DNA of 64,000 bases from an uncultured Desulfobacter sp. Its GTDB lineage: Bacteria; Desulfobacterota; Desulfobacteria; Desulfobacterales; Desulfobacteraceae. Below the pieces are notes generated by a model. It saw only the letters and a program-made list of their open reading frames with translations. It was not told the origin of the DNA and ran no database searches. Made by a program: the position numbers and the translations under genes. Below are positions 41,323 to 52,229 of this stretch, in pieces. Position 1 is the first letter of the stretch. The number at the start of each line of letters is the position of its first letter. Where the stretch lies: assembly GCA_963665095.1 (NCBI GenBank), contig OY762069.1, positions 1,728,001-1,792,000 on the forward strand. The letters run 5' to 3'.

Positions 41323-41622
41323 ATGAAAGAGATTTACAAGGCCATGGCCGCCCCGGAAAAAAGCGGCGGCCATATTGGCTGGTTCCGGGCATTGTGTGCT
41401 GTTTTCGGCGGCCTTGCCGTGGCCTATTCTGCCATGACGCTCTTTGTGTTGCTTTCCATTTCGAAAACAGCCCACGCCCTGTTTATTCCGTTTTTGTTCA
41501 CCCCCTTTGCCTGGGCCTGTGCGGCATTGTGGATTTCATTATCCCCCACACGGCTTGGTGCGCTGTTGCGCAGTCTTGTGCCAACCTTTGTTTTTTTTCT
41601 GGCAGCAGCTGTGATTGTATAA
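41323..41622 (+). CDS. Small membrane protein (DUF3649-like, TBDR/PepSY operon associated)
   Basis: Three hydrophobic segments, R...AVFGG..AY motif; position between TBDR and PepSY-TM gene. Confidence 0.6.
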   Translation: MKEIYKAMAAPEKSGGHIGWFRALCAVFGGLAVAYSAMTLFVLLSISKTAHALFIPFLFTPFAWACAALWISLSPTRLGALLRSLVPTFVFFLAAAVIV

Positions 41623-41634
41623 AAGGCCCATCCA

Positions 41635-43173
41635 ATGCAACCCATACTTTCAAAATTACACCGGCAGAAGCTGTTTACCTGCCACACTTATTCAGGCATT
41701 ATTCTATCGTTTTTCATCTACCTTTGTATTTTTTTTGGTTTGTTTGCCATCTTTCTTCCCTATCTCCAGACCTGGGAAAAGCCGTCACGGCATATTGCGC
41801 CGGCAGATATCACAACCATTGATTACGAACCCATGCTGGCAGAGGTGTTGTCCGATCCGGACATCCCCGACGACCGGATTTTTATGGATGTTCCCGGATA
41901 CAAGGGTGATCCGGCCCTGGTCATCTACCACATGTTTTCAAAAAAGTTTCTGTTTGATCCCAACACGGCAAAGCAGATCAAGGATGAAGGGCGGACTACC
42001 CAGCTTGCCTGGTTTTTAAACGGCATGCATTATGGCAGGCCCTTGATGAAACCTGCTATTGTTTTTTTCGGGTTCATTGCCACAGGGGCCTTGTTTTTAA
42101 TGGTGTCAGGGATCGCGATGGTCCTGGAGTTTACCTATAAGACCACGGGCAAAACCCTGCGGGGAAAGGCGTCATGGCTGCACCGTAAAATTTTTACCTG
42201 GACCTTTCCCGTCTTCACCATGATTTTGATCTGTGCCACGGTCATGGGGATCAGCTTTGACGGTATGGGGCTTATGACCCGCCTGGCAACAAAGGGCGAG
42301 CAGACCAATATCCGTCAGGTCCTGGGCCCGATTCTGTTTCCTGAAGAAAAGGCCGAGCCCAAAGCCTTTCAGCCGGCCCGGATGATGCCCATTGCCCGTC
42401 TTGTTCACCTTGGACAGGAAAAGGCCCCATATCTTAGTATCCAGCGCCTGGTGCTTTACAACTGGAACGATAAAACCGCAAGGATTCAACTGGAAGGAAT
42501 GGACCGTCGGGCACCGTTTCTCAACGGGGTGACCAACAAACCCTATATCATCCTGAATGCTGTGAACGGCGCGGTACTCAAAGAGGTCCGTGTCACGGAC
42601 CGGCCCTGGAGCGTCTGGCTCACCGAAGGCGTTTACTGCATCCATCTGCTTTTTGGCATGAACATCTATTGGCGCCTGGCTGTTTTTGGCATTGCTCTGG
42701 CAAGCCTTGTTGCCGTGGGCTGCGGGGTGCTGCTCCACCTTGAAAAAAAGGTGAAAAAATTTAAAGGCCGGACCCACTTCTACCACTGGCTGGAGAAATT
42801 CGCCCTGGCCTTTATGATCGGAGTGATTCCGGCCACAGGCCTTTTGTTCAACCTGCAGTGGGTCCTGCCCTTTGATGTGAAAGACCGGCTTGTCTGGCAG
42901 CAGGGACTGTTTTTTGATCTCTGGGCGGCCACACTTTTCTGGTCTTTTTACCGGATGAACACCCTGGATGCGGCAAAACAGCTGCTGGGCTTAAGTGGTC
43001 TTTTCTTTATCCTTGCCCCGGTGCTGCATTGCCTGAAGACCGGGTTTTCCCCTTTAGCCTTACTGCAGAACCATATGACCGCTATTTTCTGGGTGGATAC
43101 GGGCCTTTTGATTTTCGGCCTGGTTTTAACGGCTGCAGCTTTTAAGACGAACCACAGGAGACAACATGTTTAA
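41635..43173 (+). CDS. PepSY-associated TM helix domain protein (putative ferric reductase/iron release)
   Basis: Conserved His pattern CHTYSG, MHYG, LHRK, IHLLFG; SG motif; multiple TMs. Confidence 0.85.
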   Translation: MQPILSKLHRQKLFTCHTYSGIILSFFIYLCIFFGLFAIFLPYLQTWEKPSRHIAPADITTIDYEPMLAEVLSDPDIPDDRIFMDVPGYKGDPALVIYHMFSKKFLFDPNTAKQIKDEGRTTQLAWFLNGMHYGRPLMKPAIVFFGFIATGALFLMVSGIAMVLEFTYKTTGKTLRGKASWLHRKIFTWTFPVFTMILICATVMGISFDGMGLMTRLATKGEQTNIRQVLGPILFPEEKAEPKAFQPARMMPIARLVHLGQEKAPYLSIQRLVLYNWNDKTARIQLEGMDRRAPFLNGVTNKPYIILNAVNGAVLKEVRVTDRPWSVWLTEGVYCIHLLFGMNIYWRLAVFGIALASLVAVGCGVLLHLEKKVKKFKGRTHFYHWLEKFALAFMIGVIPATGLLFNLQWVLPFDVKDRLVWQQGLFFDLWAATLFWSFYRMNTLDAAKQLLGLSGLFFILAPVLHCLKTGFSPLALLQNHMTAIFWVDTGLLIFGLVLTAAAFKTNHRRQHV

Positions 43174-43726
43174 GCAAACCACGCAACGCCCAGGGGTTTT
43201 ATTCAGGTACGATTTCATTTTATCCACGCTGCTGGTTTTTTTCTTTGCCGCTGACGCCTTTTCCCACTCGCTGATTTTAGGGGCTTACGGCAATGGGGAT
43301 GACACCATTACGGTGGAGGGTAAATATGACACCGGCGCCACAGCCCAGGGCGCCCAGGTGAGACTTGAATCTTTGAATACAGGGGAAGTCCTGTTCAAAC
43401 AAAGACTGCCTTTGGAAAGCGAGCTCACCATCACCATCCCGGAGGAGCCATACCGGATTGTCCTTGACGGCGGTCCCGGCCATGTGGCGGTTAAACAGGG
43501 CATTGCCCCTGAAAATGGATTTTCGGTAACGCCTGGTTCAACGCCTTCCGGTAAAAAGCAAACCACCGCCTCCCCGGGGCATGGTAAACCCGGATTGAGC
43601 CGGGCCTATCTTGTCACCCTGGGCCTTGTTTTTTTCTTTTTGGGTTTAACCCTTTTTATCTGCAGGCAGAACACCAATAAAATTATCAGCACAATATCCC
43701 AACAGCCGGGCAACAACTGCGATTAG
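43166..43726 (+). CDS. Exported membrane-anchored hypothetical protein
   Basis: Signal peptide ending AFS-H, LDGGPGH, C-terminal TM. Confidence 0.7.
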   Translation: MFKQTTQRPGVLFRYDFILSTLLVFFFAADAFSHSLILGAYGNGDDTITVEGKYDTGATAQGAQVRLESLNTGEVLFKQRLPLESELTITIPEEPYRIVLDGGPGHVAVKQGIAPENGFSVTPGSTPSGKKQTTASPGHGKPGLSRAYLVTLGLVFFFLGLTLFICRQNTNKIISTISQQPGNNCD

Positions 43727-43747
43727 CCTTAAAAGAAAGCCTTAATT

Positions 43748-45097
43748 ATGCAGGCTTCGGCTATTACATCAGGCAAAGAGGGTCCGGTCATCTTAAAACT
43801 TGCCGGGCCCATGGCACTGGGCATGCTCGGGCTGATTGTGTTCAATCTGGTGGATACCTTTTTTGTGGGCCGGCTGGGCGGGGATCAGCTTGCCGCCCTG
43901 ACCTTTACCTTTCCTGTTATCATGGTACTTGGCAGCATTGCCCACGGACTGAATGCCGGGATCACAGCATCGGTTTCACAGGCGGCAGGGCAGAGAAATC
44001 AGGATCGAACAGCTGCTTTGGTGACCCGGGGGCTGCTGCTGGCCCTGATGGTTGTGGCGGTCTTTTCCACAGCGGGCATCCTGTCCATGGAGATGGTCTT
44101 CACCCGGCTGGGCGCAGATGAAACTATTTTGTCCCATATAAAAGCCTATATGCGGATATGGTATCCTGGCGCGGTTTTTTTTGTTATCCCTGCAGCAATC
44201 AATGCGGCCCTGTATGGACTGGGAGATACCCGGACCCCGTCAAAGATTACCCTTGCCACAGCCTTGTTCAATGCAGTGCTTGACCCTTTTCTTATTTTTG
44301 GCATCGGCCCTTTTCCTGCCCTTGGCGTGGCCGGGGCCGCCACGGCCACAGTCATTGCCAGGGGGCTCGGCCTGATTTATCTGCTCCGGGTTCCGGCCAT
44401 TAAAAAGATGATTGCCGGATCCCTGCGGCAACAGTCCAGTTCCCTTTTCAAAGACTGGGGCCAGATGATTCAGGTGGGGCTGCCCAATATGGTCATTAAG
44501 CTGGTAACACCTTTTTTTTCAGGCATGATCACCAAAATGGTTGCGGCTTTCGGCAGTGCTGCCGTGGCAGGTTTCGGCATTGCCCTGCGCCTTGAAATGC
44601 TCGGTCTTATCGCAATCACTGCGGTTGCCCAGGTTATGCCCGTTTTTATCGGACAAAACATGGGGGCTCGAAAAAAAAAGCGCATGCAAACAGGCATTTC
44701 ATTTGCCAACCGAACTGTTTTGGCTTTAGGCGCTGTTGTCTGTCTCTTTCTTTTTGTTGTAACTAAGCCTGTGGCACGTCTGATCAATCCTGCGCCTGAC
44801 ATCGTATGTGTAACAGTTCTGTATATGAAAATAGTGCCCGTGGCCTATGGGTTCTACGGGGTGATGCAAATAGCGGTATCCGTATTAACCGTCATGAAAA
44901 AGCCCGTTCTTTCCACGGCCATTGTTCTGGGTCAGGTATTTGCGGTCTTTCTTCCTCTATCCGTCACCGGCACCGCATGTCTGGGACTGGCAGGCATATT
45001 CGGCGCCGTTGCTGTCTCCTGCATCATTGCCGGCATTATCGGTGCCAGGCTGAATGCGGGAGTCATAAATAAAATCCCTCACAATAATTCTGCTTAG
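43748..45097 (+). CDS. MATE family efflux transporter
   Basis: LAGPM..GM...FNLVDTFFVGRLG, GDTRTP, NAVLDPFLIFG..PALGVAGAATAT, GQNMGA. Confidence 0.92.
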   Translation: MQASAITSGKEGPVILKLAGPMALGMLGLIVFNLVDTFFVGRLGGDQLAALTFTFPVIMVLGSIAHGLNAGITASVSQAAGQRNQDRTAALVTRGLLLALMVVAVFSTAGILSMEMVFTRLGADETILSHIKAYMRIWYPGAVFFVIPAAINAALYGLGDTRTPSKITLATALFNAVLDPFLIFGIGPFPALGVAGAATATVIARGLGLIYLLRVPAIKKMIAGSLRQQSSSLFKDWGQMIQVGLPNMVIKLVTPFFSGMITKMVAAFGSAAVAGFGIALRLEMLGLIAITAVAQVMPVFIGQNMGARKKKRMQTGISFANRTVLALGAVVCLFLFVVTKPVARLINPAPDIVCVTVLYMKIVPVAYGFYGVMQIAVSVLTVMKKPVLSTAIVLGQVFAVFLPLSVTGTACLGLAGIFGAVAVSCIIAGIIGARLNAGVINKIPHNNSA

Positions 45098-45340
45098 GAC
45101 GCCAGACCGCCACCTGGGGTCATGGATGTATCTTTAATCCCATGGGCCTTATCAATCCGCTTACCCCCGCAGACCTGGTATTTTTTTTAAAATAGACTCA
45201 CTTTGCATCCCTTTAACATAAAAATTCACCCACAATTCGGAAGGCTAATTCGGGGAATATCAGCGCAATAAAAAAGCGTTTCATAATTTCTTCAATCGTG
45301 ATAAGGCCTTAGAAAAATCAACAGTTAAAGCGGGGCTGAT

Positions 45341-46861
45341 ATGGATCAAACCCGAATGGACCGATTTTTCCGATTTTTTTATCAAAAGCAGAACTTCCCG
45401 GCAGGCGGGCCTGAATATGACGCGTTGCTATGCAGCGTGCTGATGGAGGCGTCCCAAGCGCAGGAAGCCTCCATCTGGCAGCTGGCCCGGGACAACCGTC
45501 TTTACCTGAAATACGGTTCCAATATCACGCCCCAGGATGCTTCAGATTTTTCTCTGGCACTAGGTGAGGGCATCACCGGCGCCGTGGCCATGGCCAGAAA
45601 AGCGCTCAAGGTAGAGGATGCCTGGTCCTTTCACAACCATAATCGTCACATGGATACCAAGATTCGTTTCAGAACCTTTTCCATGATTTCCGCGCCCATT
45701 CTGTGTCAGAATCAGCTTTACGGTGTGATTAATCTCTTGAATCATCTTAAAAAAGAAGAGTTCTCCCAACATTGGAAAGAGTTGCTGGCTGCAGCCGGAA
45801 TCATGTATGGGCTGGCATTGAAAAATGCAGGAAAGCTTGTCACGAAACCTGCCGGCTTAAAAGGAAAAGCTGCTGGTAAAGGTGATGGCAAGACTGTGAT
45901 CATCGGGCTGAGCCGGTCTATTCAGGAAGTTCTCCATCTGGCTTTGAAAGCAGGAAAATCCAATATCCCTGTGCTTATTTACGGTGAGACCGGGACGGGA
46001 AAAGAACTGGCTGCCAGGAAAATCCATGAAAACAGCCGGTTCAGGTCAGGTCCGTTTGTCAGTATCAATTGTGCGGCCCTGGCAGAAACGATTTTGGAAA
46101 GCGAGTTGTTCGGTCATGTCAAAGGGGCCTTCAGCGGTGCCGTATCCAACCGTCAGGGAAAGTTTGTCAGCGCATCCAGCGGAACTCTTTTTCTTGATGA
46201 AATTGCCGACATGAGCCTGTCGTGTCAGGCAAAAATACTTCGGGCGTTACAGGAAAAAACCATAACCCCGGTGGGTTCGGATAAAGAGGTGAAGTTCCAC
46301 GCAGCAATTATTGCCGCAACCAATAAAGACCTGGAAAAGCTGGTAAGTCAAGGCCGGTTCAGGCAGGATCTCTACTTCCGGTTATGCGGGCTTGAAATAA
46401 AAATGCCTGCGCTCAGACATCGGGTGTCTGACATTCCTTTGCTGGCACAATATTTTATTCGCAAAGCCTGTGAAGAATCAGGAAATGATTCCCGCGGGCA
46501 ATTGGCGCCCCGGCTATCTGATGACGCAATAACCGCACTGGCAGGTTATTCATGGCCGGGCAATGTCAGACAGTTGGAACAGGCGGTAATGGCTGCCCTG
46601 GCTGTTTGTGAAAACAAAGACATTATGATTTCTGATTTTCCTTCATGGCTGGTGAAAAAAGAACCCGAAGCCACAGATGCTGTTGTCCACAAGGTCGGAA
46701 CCCTGACCAGCCGGCAAAATGAAAAAATTCGTTTTTTAAAAGTGCTGGAGGAGACAAGGTATCCCGGGACCGGCCGGTGGAACATTGCCGCTGCCGCCCG
46801 GAAGCTGGACATGCCAAGAAAGACGTTTGCCTACCAGCTCAAAAAGCTGAACATAAAATAG
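45341..46861 (+). CDS. GAF-domain sigma-54-dependent transcriptional activator (GAF-AAA+-HTH)
   Basis: GAF (GEGITGAVA...FRTFSMISAPI...GVINLLN), GETGTGKE, ESELFGH..GAFSGA, FLDEI, FRQDLYFRL, WPGNVRQL, NIAAAARKL HTH. Confidence 0.9.
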   Translation: MDQTRMDRFFRFFYQKQNFPAGGPEYDALLCSVLMEASQAQEASIWQLARDNRLYLKYGSNITPQDASDFSLALGEGITGAVAMARKALKVEDAWSFHNHNRHMDTKIRFRTFSMISAPILCQNQLYGVINLLNHLKKEEFSQHWKELLAAAGIMYGLALKNAGKLVTKPAGLKGKAAGKGDGKTVIIGLSRSIQEVLHLALKAGKSNIPVLIYGETGTGKELAARKIHENSRFRSGPFVSINCAALAETILESELFGHVKGAFSGAVSNRQGKFVSASSGTLFLDEIADMSLSCQAKILRALQEKTITPVGSDKEVKFHAAIIAATNKDLEKLVSQGRFRQDLYFRLCGLEIKMPALRHRVSDIPLLAQYFIRKACEESGNDSRGQLAPRLSDDAITALAGYSWPGNVRQLEQAVMAALAVCENKDIMISDFPSWLVKKEPEATDAVVHKVGTLTSRQNEKIRFLKVLEETRYPGTGRWNIAAAARKLDMPRKTFAYQLKKLNIK

Positions 46862-46890
46862 ACCCATAGACCGGACAGGATGACCGACCA

Positions 46891-49800
46891 ATGAAGAAAC
46901 GCTCTTTTTTTCGCAGATGGGGTATCGTTTGTCTTGTTTTTTTTACCGTCAGCCTGATGTTTGAGACGGGATGGACCCAGGACAGCCTTTCCGGTGATTG
47001 GGCAGGCATCATTGTCCGGATACAGGGCCGGGTTGGCATCATATCCTCTCAGGAAAAAGAATGGCAGCCTGCAGGACCGGGCACCCTTCTTCGGCCCGGA
47101 GACATGATCAGCACGGACCAGGACGGATGGGCAGGGATTATCTTTTCCGATGAGTCCATGGTCCAGCTCAATAAAAATTCCCTGCTGATCATTAAACAGG
47201 TCGCACCCAAGGCCGGATGGCTTGAAAAGATAAAGACAGCACCGGGCAGTCATGTTCCGGACCGTTCCGAATATTTATTGAAAAAGGGGCACCTGTGGTT
47301 TCGAAACAAGAATAAAGACCAGCACGTGGACATTCAAACCCCTTATGTCTCCACCAGTATCAGGGGAACCGAACTGGATATCAGGATAACAGACACCCAA
47401 ACCGTTACCGTATCGGTTCTGGAAGGGGAAGTGGCAGCCTTTTTTAATGAAAAGGCAACACGGATCCAAGCGCAGGAACAACTGACTGCCGGTCCCGGAT
47501 CACAAGCCGTCAGGCAGGTTCTGATACAGCCTGCCGGCAGGGTTCAGTGGACCCTGTCGGTGTCATCCACCCTGGACCTGCTGTCATCCGGCACGCCCCT
47601 TTCCACGGCCCTTTCCAGGGCTGTGTCATATATGCTTGACCGTGAGTATGAGGCTGCCATGGCATACTTATCCGGCCTGGACCGTTCCGGACCGGATGCC
47701 TCGCTGATCTGGTCTCTGGAAAGTCTGATCCATCTGATCGCCAATGACACATTCAATGCTCTGGAGGCTGCCGGCAAGGCGGTTCAGGCGGATCAAAAAT
47801 CACCCGTTGCCCGGCTGGTCCAGGCTCTGGCTTATCAGTCCCGGTTTGACCTGGAGCAGGCAGTTGAATCAACCCAGACTGCTCTGGCGCTTAACCCGGA
47901 ATTCATAGGCGCACGCCTGAACCTGGCAAAACTTGCCTTTGGCAGGCAGGATATGGATCAGGCAGATCAGCTTGTCAATGCTGTTCTCTCCCAGGCCCCG
48001 GACAATGGTCAGGCCCTGACACTTAAAGGGTTTTTACTTTTGTCGACCTTTAAAACCGTTGACGCCTTATCAATATTTGAAAAGGCGGTAAAGCAAAATC
48101 AGGCCCGCGGACTGATTTCCGGGGAGCCCCATCTGGGACTGGCTCTGGCCTGGATGCGCCGGGGCTGCATGGCCGACGCCTTTAAGGAAATTACAACCGC
48201 AGTGCTGTTGGAGCCCCAGCGCTCCCTGTTTTTAAGCTATTGGGCAAAAATGCTGTATGAGGCCAGGCGGTTTAAACAGTCCCTTGATATCCTGAATCAG
48301 GCAAAGCTCATGGATCCCGATGATCCCACCCCCTGGCTGTATCAGGCCCTTATTTACAAGGATTTAAACCGCTACCACGAATCGATCCAGGCCATGCAGA
48401 CGGCGATTGAGCTGAACGACAACCGGGCCGTGTACCGTTCGCGCATGCTCCTTGACAAGGATCTGGCAGTTAAAAACGTTAACCTGGCTTTAATCTACAA
48501 GCAATTGGGGATGTCTGAATGGGGCCTGGCCAAGGCAATTAAATCCCTGAAACAGGATAACAATAATTTTGCGGCCCACCGCTTTCTTGCGGATCAACTG
48601 GAATATCTCCAGGGGTACAATGGTTTCGGGGCAAGAAGCGCCCGGCTCAAGGCCTTTCTTATGCAGCCGGCCAACCTCAATACCTTCAACACCTTTAATG
48701 ACTATACCGCGTTTCTGGAAAAGCCGGCCCTTGGCGGCACCCTGGCCGCCTATGTCGGCAACATGGGATACCTGGACAAGGAGCTCAAACTTTTTGGTGC
48801 CATGCCGGACTGGAACATCTCTTTTGACCTCAAGGGGGAAACCTTTGATTCCGACGGCCGGCAGGAGGTTGACTGGCAGGACGCCTGTTTGGTGGAAGCC
48901 CGGGGCAAATGGGACATCAGCCACAGGGATACCCTGTCAGGCAGTTTGTATTACAAGGATGTCAGTACCGGGGACCTGTCCGTGCAGACCAGTTATGACG
49001 AATCTCCTGATTCGCAAACCACTGCGGACTCCCGGCTTGCCAATTTTTCACTGGGGTATCTTAGAAAACTGTCCCTTCATACGGATCTGCTGTTTCATGT
49101 CAAAAGGCAGTATATCAATGAAACAACAGCAAGGACCCACACTTCCGGCAGCGGCGTGACATTCATCTCTGCCTATGAGTATGATTATGTCTACAACACC
49201 AACACCGTCCAGTGGCTGGATGCCCCCTTCACAATCATCCAGGCCATGCAGACCACCCGTGTGGAAACCCATCAGCTTTCCTTTGGCGGCATGTACTATG
49301 AATCAGACCGGGATTACAGGATCACCGCCACCACGGTCACAGACCTGTCCTGGGAATGGTCCGATGATACCTTCAGTTTTACGGAAACCGACACGGTAAA
49401 TTCAAACCTGGTTAAGGACCATCTCAGTGTGTATATCCAGGATATCTGGAATCCTGCAGAAAAGCTGACCCTGGAGGGGGCGCTGTATGTGGACAAGATG
49501 AAAAATGCCAACAGCCTGGAAAAGCTGACCTGGTCCCAGACCCTGGTCAATCCGAGAATCGGCATGACGTATCGTCCCACGCCCCGTGACAGTATCGCCG
49601 TCTCCTGGTACAGGTACCTGGAACCCTATGAATCGGTTGACCGAATAGACAGTATTGACGTGGCCGGTCATGTGCTGTCCACTTTTTATGAAGGGGCCCT
49701 TGTTGAGGAGACCGATCTGGGCTTCCAGCACGAATGGTCAAGGGGCCTTGTTATGACACGGATTTTCAGGAATGAGCCCGACTATACATATAAAACAATG

Positions 49801-50241
49801 GAGAATGATACCCCTATCACCAAAACCCTGAAAAACCGGTATACCGGGGTCGAGACGGCCGTGAATCAGCTTTTGTCCGACGATATGGGGCTTGCGGCCG
49901 GTTATACCTTTTTTGATATTGATCAGGACCAGGCAACACCGGGACTTGAAGGCCGCAACCACTGGGGATGGGCCAGGCTCACCAAGGGGCTGGCCAACGG
50001 CCTGACCCTGTCGGCCGGGATCAGTTACTATCATACAAATTATGAGGATGATGCGGTTGAGGACCAAAGTTTTCTGATCCTTGCTTCGTTTGTTGAATAT
50101 GAACTTCCCAAAAAGCTGGGCAAACTCAGGTTTGAGATAAACAATATCTGCAATGAACACTTTAACGGTACACCACTGTCTGATGCGGCCGGGCTTCTTC
50201 CGGAACGGTTTTTCATGGTCATGGCCCGTGTGAATTTTTAG
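46891..50241 (+). CDS. FecR-TPR-beta-barrel outer-membrane protein (NsrA-like)
   Basis: Signal peptide, FecR domain (STSIRGT, VSVLEGEV), multiple TPRs, DPDDPTPWLY, NDNRAVYRSR, alternating beta-strand C-terminus ending ARVNF. Confidence 0.82.
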   Translation: MKKRSFFRRWGIVCLVFFTVSLMFETGWTQDSLSGDWAGIIVRIQGRVGIISSQEKEWQPAGPGTLLRPGDMISTDQDGWAGIIFSDESMVQLNKNSLLIIKQVAPKAGWLEKIKTAPGSHVPDRSEYLLKKGHLWFRNKNKDQHVDIQTPYVSTSIRGTELDIRITDTQTVTVSVLEGEVAAFFNEKATRIQAQEQLTAGPGSQAVRQVLIQPAGRVQWTLSVSSTLDLLSSGTPLSTALSRAVSYMLDREYEAAMAYLSGLDRSGPDASLIWSLESLIHLIANDTFNALEAAGKAVQADQKSPVARLVQALAYQSRFDLEQAVESTQTALALNPEFIGARLNLAKLAFGRQDMDQADQLVNAVLSQAPDNGQALTLKGFLLLSTFKTVDALSIFEKAVKQNQARGLISGEPHLGLALAWMRRGCMADAFKEITTAVLLEPQRSLFLSYWAKMLYEARRFKQSLDILNQAKLMDPDDPTPWLYQALIYKDLNRYHESIQAMQTAIELNDNRAVYRSRMLLDKDLAVKNVNLALIYKQLGMSEWGLAKAIKSLKQDNNNFAAHRFLADQLEYLQGYNGFGARSARLKAFLMQPANLNTFNTFNDYTAFLEKPALGGTLAAYVGNMGYLDKELKLFGAMPDWNISFDLKGETFDSDGRQEVDWQDACLVEARGKWDISHRDTLSGSLYYKDVSTGDLSVQTSYDESPDSQTTADSRLANFSLGYLRKLSLHTDLLFHVKRQYINETTARTHTSGSGVTFISAYEYDYVYNTNTVQWLDAPFTIIQAMQTTRVETHQLSFGGMYYESDRDYRITATTVTDLSWEWSDDTFSFTETDTVNSNLVKDHLSVYIQDIWNPAEKLTLEGALYVDKMKNANSLEKLTWSQTLVNPRIGMTYRPTPRDSIAVSWYRYLEPYESVDRIDSIDVAGHVLSTFYEGALVEETDLGFQHEWSRGLVMTRIFRNEPDYTYKTMENDTPITKTLKNRYTGVETAVNQLLSDDMGLAAGYTFFDIDQDQATPGLEGRNHWGWARLTKGLANGLTLSAGISYYHTNYEDDAVEDQSFLILASFVEYELPKKLGKLRFEINNICNEHFNGTPLSDAAGLLPERFFMVMARVNF

Positions 50242-50269
50242 CCGGGAAATCCGGCCGCCGGGATCAAAT

Positions 50270-52060
50270 ATGAAACGAGCGTTTTTCATATGTACAAGTC
50301 TTGTGATCGGCCTGCTTCTGGCCATCTCTTCTCTGGGCACTTTTTTTAACCGGCTGGTTTACGACAATCTGATGATTTTCAGCCATCCGCGGCCCATGGA
50401 ACACCGGATCATTATTGTTGCCATTGATGAGCCATCCTTTTCTTCCATTAAACAACAGTGGCCCTGGGCACGGTCCATCCACGCCCGTCTGCTGGAAGCG
50501 CTTCAACGCTCGGGTGCTGACACCATCGGGTTTGACATATTGTTTGCAGAGCCGTCTCAGGATCCCGGGGCAGACACCTTGCTGGCACAAAGTTTCAAAG
50601 CCCATGGAAATGTTGTCCTGGCGGCGGGCCTGGAGACCAGCGCCTCACACACCCACACAACGCTCATGCAGATCAGGCCGCTGCCGATACTGGAACAGGC
50701 TGCCCGCATGACGGGATTAGATACCATGCCGCTGGATTCCGACGGTTTTTTACGGCAATGTTTTTTAAAGCACAATGGATTAATTAATTTTGGCATTGCG
50801 GCGGCCCGGGCCCACCGCCCCCTGTCCCCGGAATCAGCTGAACGGTCTGGCAAAAAGAACGGTCCCTGTCTGGTGAATTTTTACGGCCCGCCCGGCACAT
50901 TTCCCACGGTTTCCTACTACCAGGCCCTTGACCCGGAGCAATATCTTCCTGAAGGCTTTTTTAAAGGGGCACTGGTGCTGGTGGGGCTTAACCTGCGCAG
51001 CAGTGCAGATCCGAGCTCGGGAAAGGCCGATCACTATGCGACCCCCCATGTGAGGGCAGGCTTTCCTTACATGTCCGGGGTTGAGATTCAGGCCAACATT
51101 ATATCAAACATCCTATCGGGAAAATTCATCCGCAAAGCACCGGTCCTGGGGCAGGCAGCCGCAGCGCTCATGGTCTGGGGCTTGGCCGTGCTGCTGTTTT
51201 TTTCGCCGGTAAAACGCATGATCTTTCTACCTGTTTTAATTGTGTCAGGTTACAGCCTGACAGCGATCTGGCTGTTCCAGCAGCACGGGATTATTTTATA
51301 CCCGGCAATCATCCTTGTTCCGGCCGGGGTAATGGCCCTGTCATCCATTGGATGGATGGCCTGTCAGGCTATAGCGGAAAAAACAATGACAAAGGCGGTT
51401 TTCTCAAAATATCTAAGCCCGGGGTTTGTGGATTATATGTTGGATCCCCCCTGCAAAAACGACCTGATCCTGCCGGCTGAAGGCACGGTCCTGTTTCTGG
51501 ATCTCAAGGATTTCTCGAAGCTTTCACAAACAGTGCCCCATGAACAGTTGATACAGATACTCAGCCGGTACCTTGGCGGATTTTCCGATATTATTATTGA
51601 AAATCACGGACACATCGATAAGATTGTGGGCGACGGCATCATGGCGGTGTGGGGCATGCCAACCCCTTCTGACCGCCATGCCCGGGATGCCTGCAGGGCA
51701 GCACTGGCTATTCTTGACCATTTGCATCAGCTCCAGGCCGAAGATACCCGGGATAAAAAAAATCCTCTGGATATCAGAATCGGTATTAATTCGGGTGTCA
51801 TAACAGCCGGAAATATCAGCGGGAAGTCGTTTTCCGATTTCACTGTTCACGGCATGGAAGTGAATCTTGCCAAGCGCCTGGAACCCCTTAATAAAATTTA
51901 CCAGACCCGCATCCTGATCAGCGAACATACCCGTGAAAGAATCAAAGAGTGGTTTGGATCCCGGCAGGTGGACACCGTCCGGGTAAAGGGATATGACGGT
52001 CCGGTAACCATTTATGAACTGATGCCGCCCGGTACCCCGGGCCTGATAGCAAACCGTTAA
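50270..52060 (+). CDS. CHASE2-domain class III adenylate cyclase
   Basis: CHASE2 (IVAIDE...WPW.R, IGFDILF, DSDG..R, GVEIQAN), three TMs, cyclase TVLFLDL..F, DKIVGD, RIGINSG, DFT...VNLAKRLE. Confidence 0.92.
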   Translation: MKRAFFICTSLVIGLLLAISSLGTFFNRLVYDNLMIFSHPRPMEHRIIIVAIDEPSFSSIKQQWPWARSIHARLLEALQRSGADTIGFDILFAEPSQDPGADTLLAQSFKAHGNVVLAAGLETSASHTHTTLMQIRPLPILEQAARMTGLDTMPLDSDGFLRQCFLKHNGLINFGIAAARAHRPLSPESAERSGKKNGPCLVNFYGPPGTFPTVSYYQALDPEQYLPEGFFKGALVLVGLNLRSSADPSSGKADHYATPHVRAGFPYMSGVEIQANIISNILSGKFIRKAPVLGQAAAALMVWGLAVLLFFSPVKRMIFLPVLIVSGYSLTAIWLFQQHGIILYPAIILVPAGVMALSSIGWMACQAIAEKTMTKAVFSKYLSPGFVDYMLDPPCKNDLILPAEGTVLFLDLKDFSKLSQTVPHEQLIQILSRYLGGFSDIIIENHGHIDKIVGDGIMAVWGMPTPSDRHARDACRAALAILDHLHQLQAEDTRDKKNPLDIRIGINSGVITAGNISGKSFSDFTVHGMEVNLAKRLEPLNKIYQTRILISEHTRERIKEWFGSRQVDTVRVKGYDGPVTIYELMPPGTPGLIANR

Positions 52061-52063
52061 TGT

Positions 52064-52099
52064 GGCCAAAACGGCAATAATGCCCTTGCCGCTTTGGCC
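52064..52099. promoter_or_regulatory. 14-bp inverted repeat (one mismatch): candidate enhancer (UAS) or terminator hairpin
   Basis: GGCCAAAACGGCAA-N8-TTGCCGCTTTGGCC, 130-165 bp upstream of a sigma-54-like promoter. Confidence 0.5.
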
Positions 52100-52229
52100 G
52101 CTCAGGCCAAAACCAAAATCCTTTCGGGACAGTTCTTCTTTTATCCATAAAATTTATAACCGCGACCAGGCAAGGCTTTCGGGTCATAACAGCCTTGAAC
52201 CGACCAGGGTCCGTACTCTCATTAAAACA

